DNA of 64,000 nt from Euryarchaeota archaeon UBA558 (GTDB lineage Archaea > Thermoplasmatota > Poseidoniia > Poseidoniales > Thalassarchaeaceae), in contig DAZE01000020.1 in the NCBI GenBank assembly GCA_002507175.1, forward strand, positions 5,872 to 69,871, given 5' to 3'. A program made the translations under genes and the position numbers. Under the pieces are notes generated by a model, which was not told where the DNA came from, made no database searches, and worked only from the letters and a program-made list of their open reading frames with translations. Below are positions 1 to 8,707 of this stretch, piece after piece (within the stretch, counting starts at the first letter, position 1; every line of letters begins with the position of its first letter).

Positions 1-345
1 GTCCTCGGCCATCAGGATAATCCGGTGCAATCCATGGTTTTGGATTTCGACTCTAACTATATCCGCCTCTGAAGGCGACACAATCTGGACTTGCCCCCCC
101 GTTTCAATTTCATACGATATGAAGTCCCGATTAGCATTTGTACTGCTGAAATCGAATTCGAAAATTGCAGGCTCCACCGATATCAGATCACCATCGACGT
201 AATTCTCTCTGATACTCTCATTTGGCTCTAACAGCTCTACATTAAAATCTACATTGCCAGAGTCATCACCAGTCATAATGCAACCTGACATCATCAATGA
301 CGATGTGAGAAATGGTAATAGAAGGTGTAGCACTTGGAAACCCAT
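1..345 (-). CDS. Hypothetical secreted or lipoprotein-like protein, partial (runs off window edge)
   Basis: My own minus-strand translation of 1..345 is open to the window edge. It is absent from the supplied track because there is no in-window stop. The ATG at 345 lies 10 nt after the stop of ORF 356..739. The N-terminus MGFQVLHLLLPFLTSSLMMSGC looks like a signal peptide with a lipobox-like SGC. Confidence 0.45.
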   Translation of the reverse strand, partial: MGFQVLHLLLPFLTSSLMMSGCIMTGDDSGNVDFNVELLEPNESIRENYVDGDLISVEPAIFEFDFSSTNANRDFISYEIETGGQVQIVSPSEADIVRVEIQNHGLHRIILMAED

Positions 346-355
346 AGTTTCCCGC

Positions 356-739
356 TTAATCAAACTCATCACCTTCGATTGAAGAAACCTCTCTTTCCAA
401 GTCAAGCAAGGCCGCAAGCAATACTTCTACGCGCCCCTTCAGCTCACTGACCTCAATGTCAGATGCACCGCTATCCTGAAGACGTATCATGCCTTCCAAC
501 TCCTTGATCCTCTCGGACATTTCCACCTTCGTGGAGGAAACACCCCTCACAGCACTGAGTTTGGCGATCTCAAGCTTTAGATTATTGATTTCAAACACCA
601 TATCCTTCATTGACGCTTCTGCTTCAGCTAAGACATCCCATGTTTTGAGCACCTCCTCAATAAGAGCCTCTTTTTTGAAATTAGACAGTCTCGCTTTGTG
701 ATCCATGGAATCTATCCCGTCTCCCTCCAAGTCGACCAC
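356..739 (-). CDS. Hypothetical acidic coiled-coil protein
   Basis: 127-aa ORF with heptad-like E/K/L-rich sequence (NNLKLEIAKLSA, ERIKELEGMIRL). It is tightly followed by the next minus-strand ORF. No family recognised. Confidence 0.5.
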   Translation of the reverse strand: MVDLEGDGIDSMDHKARLSNFKKEALIEEVLKTWDVLAEAEASMKDMVFEINNLKLEIAKLSAVRGVSSTKVEMSERIKELEGMIRLQDSGASDIEVSELKGRVEVLLAALLDLEREVSSIEGDEFD

Positions 740-1176
740 CAGTGTTAGTTATCCCACAAAGGATCTATGATATGGATTTTACATAATTCAACGATACATC
801 TACTACTATAACTGCCAGTTCAAAAGCCTCATGAAAAGAGCCGCAGTCACAAGTACCGACCGCTAAACTGCGCATATGAGTGGCCAATCGAAGTCCGCTC
901 CAATCCTCACTGCTGGAATAAGCAGCAGACCCTCTCCAATTACGGACGATGTCCTGGAAATCAATGGAGATTGTGTTTACTCTGACAGAATACCCAAACC
1001 AATACATGATGCCGATCACAGTGTAATTGGAACAGATCCTTCAATATATCAAGAAGAGAACACGAAAGTACTGATCTGAGATAGGAGAGCCGTGCCCGTA
1101 TCAAAGGACATCTTGAAATCTCAGGGGATCGCTTGTAATCTAATCATTAAATAATTGAATCGGAGGCTTAGATTTT

Positions 1177-3075
1177 TCACAAAAATACGTTGTTTTCATG
1201 AATTTCTAGAAATACCTCGAGATTGTACAGCATCCAGATTAGCATTGCTTCCTGGCTACTCATCGATTTTAACGATAGCAGTTCCTCTAATCCAGACCTC
1301 ATCACAATTCCATGTTTTACCATACTTCCTGAGAGTATTTTTTTCTTGGCTAAGTCAGAAAATTCTCCATCCATCCAATCTGTTAGGGGGACGGGGAAGC
1401 CCACTTTCTTCCTATTTATCACCGGAGAAGGAAGTAGGCCCACAGATGCCTGTTTTAATACCCATTTTGGAGTATCGTCAACCTCACTTGAGTCGGCCCC
1501 AATTTTTTCTACTGGCCCATCATGCCACCGCAGTTTCAATTCCTTGTCTATCCTAAATGATAGCTCGACGAGCTTGTGATCCACGAATGGAACCCTGGCC
1601 TCAACGCTAGCCCCCATTGTTGTTGTGTCCACTCTTTGCAATAAGCCCGGAAGATGTATCTTCTCAAAAACGTACATGTACTGAGTTGCTGGATCTAAAT
1701 CTTCAACCTCCGAGAAACTATTATGAAAACTAGATATAGATTCTCCCTTGTTAAAATCCTCTAGAACATTCGGAGAAAATAGTTTTTCTAGCCAATGAGT
1801 AGGAGTGTACCGATAGAGGTGCAAGAATCGTTCAACCTCACTTTTGAATTCACCACCATACCTCTCTGAAAGTCTTAGTCCCAAAGTAGAGTCAGTTTCA
1901 AAATTTCCTTCTTTCCAATTTTCGAGGAACCTGGAATCTTCAGCGGAACGGAAAATCCTCCCATACCCACCAAAAATCTCGTCCGCGCCTTCTCCGGATA
2001 GAACTACTGTAATGTCTTGTTTTAGGATCTTTGACATCAAGTAGAGTGGCACTTCATTTGGAACGCCCAATGGCGCATCTTTCAGATATACCAATTCTTG
2101 AAGCTTCTCGAGGTAATCATCCATTCCAATCATTATTTCGGTATGTTTTGTATTGTACTTCTCGGAGACCATTCTAGAATATTCGAATTCATTGAATCCA
2201 GAATTAGGAAATCCTATGGTGTATGTAGAAATTGGAGAGTCTTGCATTCTCGACATAATCGCAGTTATGAGACTAGAGTCAACTCCTCCGGAGAGGTATG
2301 CTCCTACTTTGACATCAGCCACCATTCGAAGACCTATCGATTTTTTCAGATTTTCTAAGACTAGTGAGACGGCCTTTTCCTGGTCCGAGATCTTTGGCAT
2401 ATCAAGAGATGCCTTCAAAGACCAATATTGTCTGATTTCTTTGATATTATGCCTATCTAACTTCATCCAATGGCCCGGTTTCAATGAGTTAATTCCTTCG
2501 AAGAAACTCGCTCCAGAAACTGGATAGCGGAAACAAAGATAAGAAATCACAGAGTCAATATTCAATTTAAAACTTCTATTTAATGATCTTATCAATGATT
2601 TTGGTTCTGAGGAAAACGTAAATCCCGAATCTGATGAATTAAAGAATAGTGGCTTAATACCGAGTCTATCCCTCGCCAAGAAAGTTTGAAGGGACTGATG
2701 GTCAAAAATAGCGAAGGCAAACATTCCATTGAATCTCTCAAGACATCCTTCTTCCCACTCAATGTAAGATAACAAGATTACTTCTGTGTCTCCTTCTGTC
2801 TGGAAAACGTGTCCTAGATCGGCAAGCTCCTTTCTGATGGCTCTATAATTGTAAAGCTCACCATTGTATACGATACTGAATCTTCCATCTGCGGAATGCA
2901 TAGGCTGATTTGACTGATCACTGATGTCGATGATACTCAATCTTCGGTGGCCTATACTAAATGGAGGAGAGAAGTAGGTAGCAGAGGCATCCGGACCCCT
3001 ATGATTCATGAGTTCCAATGCTTCTTCGAAGTCTATTCGGTTAATTTCACCGATATGGCCTAGAATTCCGCACAA
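1177..3075 (-). CDS. asnB: Asparagine synthase (glutamine-hydrolysing), AsnB family
   Basis: N-terminal CGILGH Ntn-amidotransferase motif, SGGVDSS PP-loop and C-terminal synthetase region. The track ORF starts at ATG 3114. The catalytic Cys must be residue 2, which fits the TTG at 3075 sitting 1 nt after the tagD stop. Confidence 0.9.
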   Translation of the reverse strand: MCGILGHIGEINRIDFEEALELMNHRGPDASATYFSPPFSIGHRRLSIIDISDQSNQPMHSADGRFSIVYNGELYNYRAIRKELADLGHVFQTEGDTEVILLSYIEWEEGCLERFNGMFAFAIFDHQSLQTFLARDRLGIKPLFFNSSDSGFTFSSEPKSLIRSLNRSFKLNIDSVISYLCFRYPVSGASFFEGINSLKPGHWMKLDRHNIKEIRQYWSLKASLDMPKISDQEKAVSLVLENLKKSIGLRMVADVKVGAYLSGGVDSSLITAIMSRMQDSPISTYTIGFPNSGFNEFEYSRMVSEKYNTKHTEIMIGMDDYLEKLQELVYLKDAPLGVPNEVPLYLMSKILKQDITVVLSGEGADEIFGGYGRIFRSAEDSRFLENWKEGNFETDSTLGLRLSERYGGEFKSEVERFLHLYRYTPTHWLEKLFSPNVLEDFNKGESISSFHNSFSEVEDLDPATQYMYVFEKIHLPGLLQRVDTTTMGASVEARVPFVDHKLVELSFRIDKELKLRWHDGPVEKIGADSSEVDDTPKWVLKQASVGLLPSPVINRKKVGFPVPLTDWMDGEFSDLAKKKILSGSMVKHGIVMRSGLEELLSLKSMSSQEAMLIWMLYNLEVFLEIHENNVFL

Positions 3076-3076
3076 T

Positions 3077-3505
3077 TTAATTTCCCTCGTTTCGGATTTG
3101 TAGAAGAGTTTCATTTATCAAAGTCGAAGAAGTACCTTTCATGTAGGGAAAGTAAACGATTTCAACATCTACTTCTGCGAACTGCCTTTCATATCCTTTC
3201 CACTTTGGATGCCCTTTCCAGTCGTCGCCGACGAACATGACATGGAATCCCAATCGTCTCCATGCTCCGAGTTTATCCATATCGGCCTGAGGAGTCACTT
3301 CATCGACATACCTTATCGCCTCAACTATCCTAATTCGCTCCTTGAATGGAATGACTGCCTTCTTGTGCTTATACGAAACGAGCTCATCAGTTGTAACTCC
3401 GACTATCAGATGGTCACATTTTTCCTTTGCCTTTCTTAGCAGGTTCAAGTGTCCGACATGAAACAAATCAAAAACACCAGTAGTATAGCCTATCCTTCCT
3501 CCCAT
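3077..3505 (-). CDS. tagD: Glycerol-3-phosphate cytidylyltransferase (TagD-like)
   Basis: GYTTGVFDLFHVGHLNLL (HxGH cytidylyltransferase motif), RYVDEV, GDDW, about 140 aa. GGTG Shine-Dalgarno-like element 7 nt upstream of the ATG. Confidence 0.9.
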   Translation of the reverse strand: MGGRIGYTTGVFDLFHVGHLNLLRKAKEKCDHLIVGVTTDELVSYKHKKAVIPFKERIRIVEAIRYVDEVTPQADMDKLGAWRRLGFHVMFVGDDWKGHPKWKGYERQFAEVDVEIVYFPYMKGTSSTLINETLLQIRNEGN

Positions 3506-3513
3506 ATAAACAC

Positions 3514-3732
3514 CTAATTAGTCGCATTTATCTGCGAGAAGTAAGAATTCACTACACAAACTTCTCTATAGAACCAATTCGAATCTTCGGAGTCGTAAAT
3601 AACTGAACTGTTAGCGAACTCTGAACGATCTACCGAATACTCCCTCTCTCCCCAAACTTCTCCACTAAGGTAATCTCTGAGGGATAAACGGTCGTCCACA
3701 ACGGACCCTTCCTCGAACTCCCCCTCTATCAT
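3514..3732 (-). CDS. Small acidic hypothetical protein (uncertain)
   Basis: 72-aa ORF ending 8 nt upstream of the tagD start, consistent with tagD being an internal operon gene that has its own SD. No motif recognised. Confidence 0.3.
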   Translation of the reverse strand: MIEGEFEEGSVVDDRLSLRDYLSGEVWGEREYSVDRSEFANSSVIYDSEDSNWFYREVCVVNSYFSQINATN

Positions 3733-3880
3733 TAGGTATAAGTCCGTAATAGGGGCGGTTTAAATTGAACCGTTGTCACGGCACAAATAGAATAGTTTGG
3801 ATTAGATCTGGATTAAGTGGATGGAGATCGACAATCATGACGATCCAGAGGCCGATCGTAATTTATGGTGAGGGGGAAAT

Positions 3881-5119
3881 TTGTCAAGTCTAAAGTCACT
3901 TGGAGCACCTCTGATGAAAGGCCATCTGCTTCTGAAGAAGATCCTACCATTCTACAGCCCATGGGGAGTATATTGGGCGCTCTATTTTGGCCCATGGACA
4001 TGGTTATTCAGAGCTTTGAGTTGGCTGGTTCCTAAACAAGATAATCTGTTTATTTTTGGCTCGAACGAAGGCAAGCATTACTCCGACAACTCAAGGTCAT
4101 TGTTCGAATATATTCAAAATAATGATAACTCGATCAGGGCCGTATGGTTCACTAACAACAGGGATGTTTACAGAGAGGTTGAGGAGAAATACCCTGGCAA
4201 GGTCGTCATGTCTCCCAGCCTAAAAGCCTCTTTTCTCTATCTCAGGGCAGGACAGGCTATCATCTCGTTCGGATATCAAGATATGTGTAAGATGCCATGG
4301 ATTCCATCCATAACAGTAAATCAATTATGGCATGGAGTGCCACTGAAGAAAATTGGTCTACTGAGGGCCAAAAATAAAACAGATGAAGACTACGGAGAAA
4401 CAGCAAGGCTTTTTCTGCAATGGTGTGGAAATGTTGACAGATTCTTTGTGACCTCAAGATATGAAAAAGAGTGTCTTAGCGAGGCATTCAACATCCCGCA
4501 AGATCGGTTTGAGATCACGGGTAACCCTAGAAACGACCTTCTGTACTTGAACAAAAACCCTCTGGACTCAGACACTAAAACAATCCTATACACGCCTACA
4601 TTCAGGGAAAGGGGCGAAGGCGAACATTCGAGAGTTCTGTTGCATCCCGATGTATCTGAAGGACAAATGCACGAATTCTTGGAGAAGAATCAAGCTAAGT
4701 TAATAATTAGACCACATTGGATTACTGAGGGCCGAGTATACAAATCAGATAGGATTGAAACTGTGACTCATTTTGATGAGCCACATCTACACAATTTGTT
4801 CATTAAATCTGACGTGTTAGTAACCGACTATTCTAGTGCATACATAGATTGGTTGATCTTAGATAGGCCAGTAGTATTCACCCCCTACGATCTAGAAGAA
4901 TACTCTGAGAAAAATGGTCTTTTGGATGATTATGAAAACCTCGTACCACCACCAATATCTACAACTTTGGAAGACCTATTTATCGATCTAGGGAGCGCAT
5001 TAGAGAATCCCCAAAAATATAGTGAAGAGAGAAACCAAATGAAAATTAAATACCTCGGGCCGTGGGGTTACGGGGCCTCTGAAAGAGTATTGTCAATATT
5101 GAAATCAAAGAATTTCTGA
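3881..5119 (+). CDS. CDP-glycerol glycerophosphotransferase (TagB/TagF family)
   Basis: Family motifs NQLWHGVPLKK, ILYTPTFRE and VTDYSSAYIDWLILDRPVVFTPYD. TTG start preceded by GGTGA 9 nt upstream. Alternative ATG at 3914. Confidence 0.85.
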   Translation: MSSLKSLGAPLMKGHLLLKKILPFYSPWGVYWALYFGPWTWLFRALSWLVPKQDNLFIFGSNEGKHYSDNSRSLFEYIQNNDNSIRAVWFTNNRDVYREVEEKYPGKVVMSPSLKASFLYLRAGQAIISFGYQDMCKMPWIPSITVNQLWHGVPLKKIGLLRAKNKTDEDYGETARLFLQWCGNVDRFFVTSRYEKECLSEAFNIPQDRFEITGNPRNDLLYLNKNPLDSDTKTILYTPTFRERGEGEHSRVLLHPDVSEGQMHEFLEKNQAKLIIRPHWITEGRVYKSDRIETVTHFDEPHLHNLFIKSDVLVTDYSSAYIDWLILDRPVVFTPYDLEEYSEKNGLLDDYENLVPPPISTTLEDLFIDLGSALENPQKYSEERNQMKIKYLGPWGYGASERVLSILKSKNF

Positions 5120-5127
5120 ATGCGGGG

Positions 5128-6171
5128 ATGATAGCTGTGATTGGTTGGATAACTACTTGGGGCATTAAGTGTGGTATTGCAACTTATTCCCGCTTTCTCA
5201 TAGAAGAAATGGACGACGACGTATTGATCCTTTGTCAATCTGAAGAAGGAAATCCAGAAGGGGCAATACCGTGTTGGAAAAGGGACTCAAACCTTTTCAG
5301 CGAGATGATCGATCAATTTGCCCCAAATGAAATAGACACTGTTGTTATTCAACACCAACCAGGGCTTCTAAGATTTTCATATCTCAACCAGTTGTTACTG
5401 AAATTAGCTGAAATGAACATCAAGGTATTCATAACAATGCACAATACACGGGATAAATCAATCTTATTTCGCAGTCGAAGAATCGAGAGAGCTGTTGAGG
5501 GCCTCAAGACCTGTTCAACTGTTATGGTACACTCAAAGGCCGACGTCGAGAATTTAGAAAAATTGGGGATTAAGACTAACGTTGTAATGATTCCTCATGG
5601 AATTTATCCCCCGCCTTCAGAATCAGTAGAAGCATTGCCCCTCAATGGCAGAGTTTTGGGAACCTTTGGATTTTTATTACCGCACAAAGGTCAGATAGAG
5701 TTGGTTGAAGCTTTTGAGCAGCTTTCTGGTTGGGATGAATTATTGTTGTTGTGCGCAACTCGTAAGGACAGTGAGAAAACTGAGAAGAGAATCAACTCAT
5801 TAATTAAAGAAAAAGGACTTGAAGAGCGTGTAAGATTTGTGACAGAATTCCTAGATGATGAAATTGCTATTGCAACCCTCTCAAAGTGTGACCTATTGGC
5901 GTTTCCCTATCAGAGAACGAACGAGTCTGCCTCAGGGGCAGTAAGGATGGGCGTCGCTTCCGGCACACCAATAGCCGTGTCACCGATTCATATTTTCGAT
6001 GATATCAAGGGGGCAATCAAAATGAGGGGAAAATCCGTCGATGACATTGTTGCGAGCATTTCCACACTCTCCGAGAAAGACCTTGAGTCCTCTAGGAAAT
6101 CAATAATTGAATTTCGAGATTCCCTGCAGTGGTCCGAAGTCGCCAAGCGAATTCAAGGGCGACTAAACTAG
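5128..6171 (+). CDS. Glycosyltransferase, GT-B fold (GT4-like)
   Basis: C-terminal half has the GT4-type signature FPYQRTNESASGAVRMGVASGTPIAVS (E-x7-E-like region). 347 aa. Directly follows the TagF-like gene. Confidence 0.75.
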   Translation: MIAVIGWITTWGIKCGIATYSRFLIEEMDDDVLILCQSEEGNPEGAIPCWKRDSNLFSEMIDQFAPNEIDTVVIQHQPGLLRFSYLNQLLLKLAEMNIKVFITMHNTRDKSILFRSRRIERAVEGLKTCSTVMVHSKADVENLEKLGIKTNVVMIPHGIYPPPSESVEALPLNGRVLGTFGFLLPHKGQIELVEAFEQLSGWDELLLLCATRKDSEKTEKRINSLIKEKGLEERVRFVTEFLDDEIAIATLSKCDLLAFPYQRTNESASGAVRMGVASGTPIAVSPIHIFDDIKGAIKMRGKSVDDIVASISTLSEKDLESSRKSIIEFRDSLQWSEVAKRIQGRLN

Positions 6172-6348
6172 TGCAATATTTGGTTGGCTGTATACTCTGT
6201 ATCAAGCCTCGATACCCTTTCTCTCTACGCTATTACAGAGGTTTCTAAGGCAGTGCGTCGATGAATAACTTGTGCAATAAGTATTTATTTTTCCATTATC
6301 CAAGCCCTAATTCTTATCACGATCGAACAAGTTTATGAACGCAAAAAA

Positions 6349-7272
6349 CTATTGTGTGAGATTGTTGAGTCCTGTCAATTCCTCTAGAAGATATTGGTCT
6401 TCCACAAGACTTTGCCTCACCAACTCTCTCTCACTATCCGTGATGATTCTACTTCCCGATGTCCTAGTCGAAAAAAATTTAGTTCTGTATATGTTAATGC
6501 CTCGACTCTGTAATTTTTTCGCAATCATTTCCCTGAGTCCTCGGGGGAGGATTCCCGCGGAATTTTTTACAAATCTACCAACGATATTTATGGTTCTTCT
6601 CTGACTTGTAAGATTGTGATCCTTCACTAGACCTAAATCAAAACTGTATTCCCTTACCCCAATATGGTTGCAAACTTCCTTCAAAACCTCATGTGGGAGA
6701 TTACGCATAACTTTCGTTTCGATAATCAAGAAAGAATCGATAGGGAAAAAAGCCAACCAATTCTTCAACGACTCGCCGTATAAAGAATCACATCTTAATC
6801 TTCCATCTTTCCAAGCTTCAGTGAATTCACTCCAATCCACACCAGCTTTCCTGTCATCACCGTAATCAAGAGCATGGTTCCATTGGGAGACTGCTCTCTC
6901 TACGGGGTCTCTTAAGGAGACAATAAATTTAGCCTCCGGCCAAATTTTTTTAATTCTTGAGGGTGCTTTTGGACAAGAGAAAGCATGGACAGAACAATCT
7001 ACTTTCACACCCTCACCTCGAAAGAATTCACCGTATCCGGATAGATCCAAACTTGAGTCGTCTCGGATAAAAGTCCCCTTGTGTGTCGCTACAATATTCG
7101 GCTCCTTCGGATTCGATATGCATATCTCAGGGTGTTGCGATAGAACATCAGCAAGCCAACTCGTCCCACACTTGGGTGCTCCCAGTAAGAATGATCCAAC
7201 CAGTGGAACGTCCATCATATCGAAACCTTTTGATTTGAATTTTTGCAGGGAATTGAGTTTTATTCTGTTCAA
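6349..7272 (-). CDS. Sulfotransferase family protein
   Basis: 5-prime PAPS-binding loop GAPKCGTSWL and 3-prime phosphate-binding motif SLRDPVERAVSQW. The start overlaps the upstream gene stop (ATGA). Confidence 0.8.
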   Translation of the reverse strand: MNRIKLNSLQKFKSKGFDMMDVPLVGSFLLGAPKCGTSWLADVLSQHPEICISNPKEPNIVATHKGTFIRDDSSLDLSGYGEFFRGEGVKVDCSVHAFSCPKAPSRIKKIWPEAKFIVSLRDPVERAVSQWNHALDYGDDRKAGVDWSEFTEAWKDGRLRCDSLYGESLKNWLAFFPIDSFLIIETKVMRNLPHEVLKEVCNHIGVREYSFDLGLVKDHNLTSQRRTINIVGRFVKNSAGILPRGLREMIAKKLQSRGINIYRTKFFSTRTSGSRIITDSERELVRQSLVEDQYLLEELTGLNNLTQ

Positions 7273-7784
7273 TCGTCATTATTTTCATGTACGTGAAGCA
7301 TGACAGGGTTCTCGTCACCCATAACTTCTGTGAAACCTTCCATCGTTCTTTTCCAGAGCTCCTGATGACCACTCCATTCCAACCATCTGTCCACAAAGTC
7401 AGTGTGATTCTTGATATCTTCATCATCCGAGAGCCTTTTGAGGATTTCATTAGTTTGAGCGAGTACCGCACCTACGGGCCCATTGAGCATGTAGGTTGTG
7501 TAGGGATTCCTCTCTTGGATTACCGACTGATGCGCTCTCCAAAGAGAAAAAATCACATCGTAGAGATATCCTATCATTAGCACACAAAATATCACAAATA
7601 ATCCAATAGAGGCTAAACCCCAATAGGTCATTGATATACCTAGGATATCTGTGTTGGGATCGAACCTCCATTTGACATAGGGCCAAGTCAACAGGGTGAG
7701 GGTCGTTACCCAGAATGCCATTGAGATTAGAGTTTGACTTTGTTGAACCCTCCAGTATTCACGCATTACCGTCTTCTTCAGCAT
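7269..7784 (-). CDS. Hypothetical membrane protein (2 predicted TM helices)
   Basis: Hydrophobic segments LISMAFWVTTLTLLTW and WGLASIGLFVIFCVLMIGYLY. 4-nt overlap with the sulfotransferase start suggests co-translation. Confidence 0.55.
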   Translation of the reverse strand: MLKKTVMREYWRVQQSQTLISMAFWVTTLTLLTWPYVKWRFDPNTDILGISMTYWGLASIGLFVIFCVLMIGYLYDVIFSLWRAHQSVIQERNPYTTYMLNGPVGAVLAQTNEILKRLSDDEDIKNHTDFVDRWLEWSGHQELWKRTMEGFTEVMGDENPVMLHVHENNDD

Positions 7785-7826
7785 AACATCATCTCGGAGG
7801 GTGTGTGTATCACTATTGTGACTTAA

Positions 7827-8063
7827 TCAGTCAGATTGCTCCCTGAATGCAGAGATAACACGAGGTTCCGTCGACTCAGAGGGGTCTATCTCTGTTAGAG
7901 AAGAGATAATCACGAATCTTCGAGGCACTCTGTGCTTGCTCCCGAAATTCGAATATACGTACTCTATCGCACCCTCTTTGTCATCAGCGACCACGTCAAT
8001 CGTGTACGGTTGATCTCGGGAGCCACTGCGGAAAGTACCCATTGCTCTGAATGCTTTTACCAT
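7827..8063 (-). CDS. rplX: Ribosomal protein L18Ae/LX
   Basis: 78 aa. MVKAFRAMGTFRSG...AIEYVYSNFGSKHRVPRRFVII resembles archaeal LX (FRV.G.F....EKVYSELGSKHKV pattern). Neighbourhood with pfdA and ftsY is typical for archaea. Confidence 0.75.
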   Translation of the reverse strand: MVKAFRAMGTFRSGSRDQPYTIDVVADDKEGAIEYVYSNFGSKHRVPRRFVIISSLTEIDPSESTEPRVISAFREQSD

Positions 8064-8180
8064 GGTCCTGCGGAAAGCGACCCCAATTTAATCCGAACGG
8101 ATGCAATTGACCAGTCATCCAAGCGAATTTCCAGGCAAATCTCCCCATCTTTTAGAAAAGTCGACCTACTACAGACCTCC

Positions 8181-8696
8181 ATGAGCATGGAAGAAGCAAG
8201 GCAGCTGACCCGCCTCATTGAAGCAAACCACAAACGGCTTCAGAGCATGAAAAGCCAAGTCGAAAGACTCAACTCACTACTTGAGGAACAGACTAGAGCC
8301 CAAAACACTCTGGAGTCAATTGGGAACAGTGACGGTGGCATGACCATGGTTCCACTTGGCAGTGGCGTCCAGATCCCCGTCCAGTTAGCGCAAGATCTTC
8401 ACCCAGTCATAGACATCGGATCAGGTGTCCAAATAGAAACGGACGTTGAAAAGACTCTCAAGATGCTAAACCAAAGAAACAGGGAACTGGAAGGACTCAT
8501 TCAGAACTTGTTGTTAGAAATAAAGCAAATCGATGAAAGCATCATGGACATGGAGGAGCAAGTGATGGAACTGAACCGAGAAACGAAGACTACCAAAGAG
8601 TCACCCGCCAGATCAAGTTCAGAACCAACGACCACACAGCCCAAGGCCAAGCAAAGAAGGCGGAAAAGGGGAACAGAACTAACATTGGATGACTGA
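8181..8696 (+). CDS. pfdA: Prefoldin alpha subunit
   Basis: Two coiled-coil arms flank a beta-hairpin core (MTMVPLGSGVQIPVQL...VIDIGSGVQIE). I chose the ATG at 8181. The longer track ORF from 7932 overlaps LX antisense. Basic C-terminal tail KAKQRRRKRG. Confidence 0.8.
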   Translation: MSMEEARQLTRLIEANHKRLQSMKSQVERLNSLLEEQTRAQNTLESIGNSDGGMTMVPLGSGVQIPVQLAQDLHPVIDIGSGVQIETDVEKTLKMLNQRNRELEGLIQNLLLEIKQIDESIMDMEEQVMELNRETKTTKESPARSSSEPTTTQPKAKQRRRKRGTELTLDD

Positions 8697-8707
8697 GGTA
8701 ATGTTGC

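Noticed and set aside
765-1019. 84-aa minus-strand ORF (and overlapping 876..1079 plus-strand ORF) between asnB and the coiled-coil gene
   Set aside because: There are no motifs, two mutually exclusive candidate frames, and no way to judge coding potential by eye. It is left unannotated and could be a real small gene.
7932-8180. N-terminal 83 codons of the long track ORF for prefoldin
   Set aside because: This part overlaps the LX gene antisense and has no prefoldin-like sequence. The prefoldin alpha coiled coil begins at the ATG at 8181.
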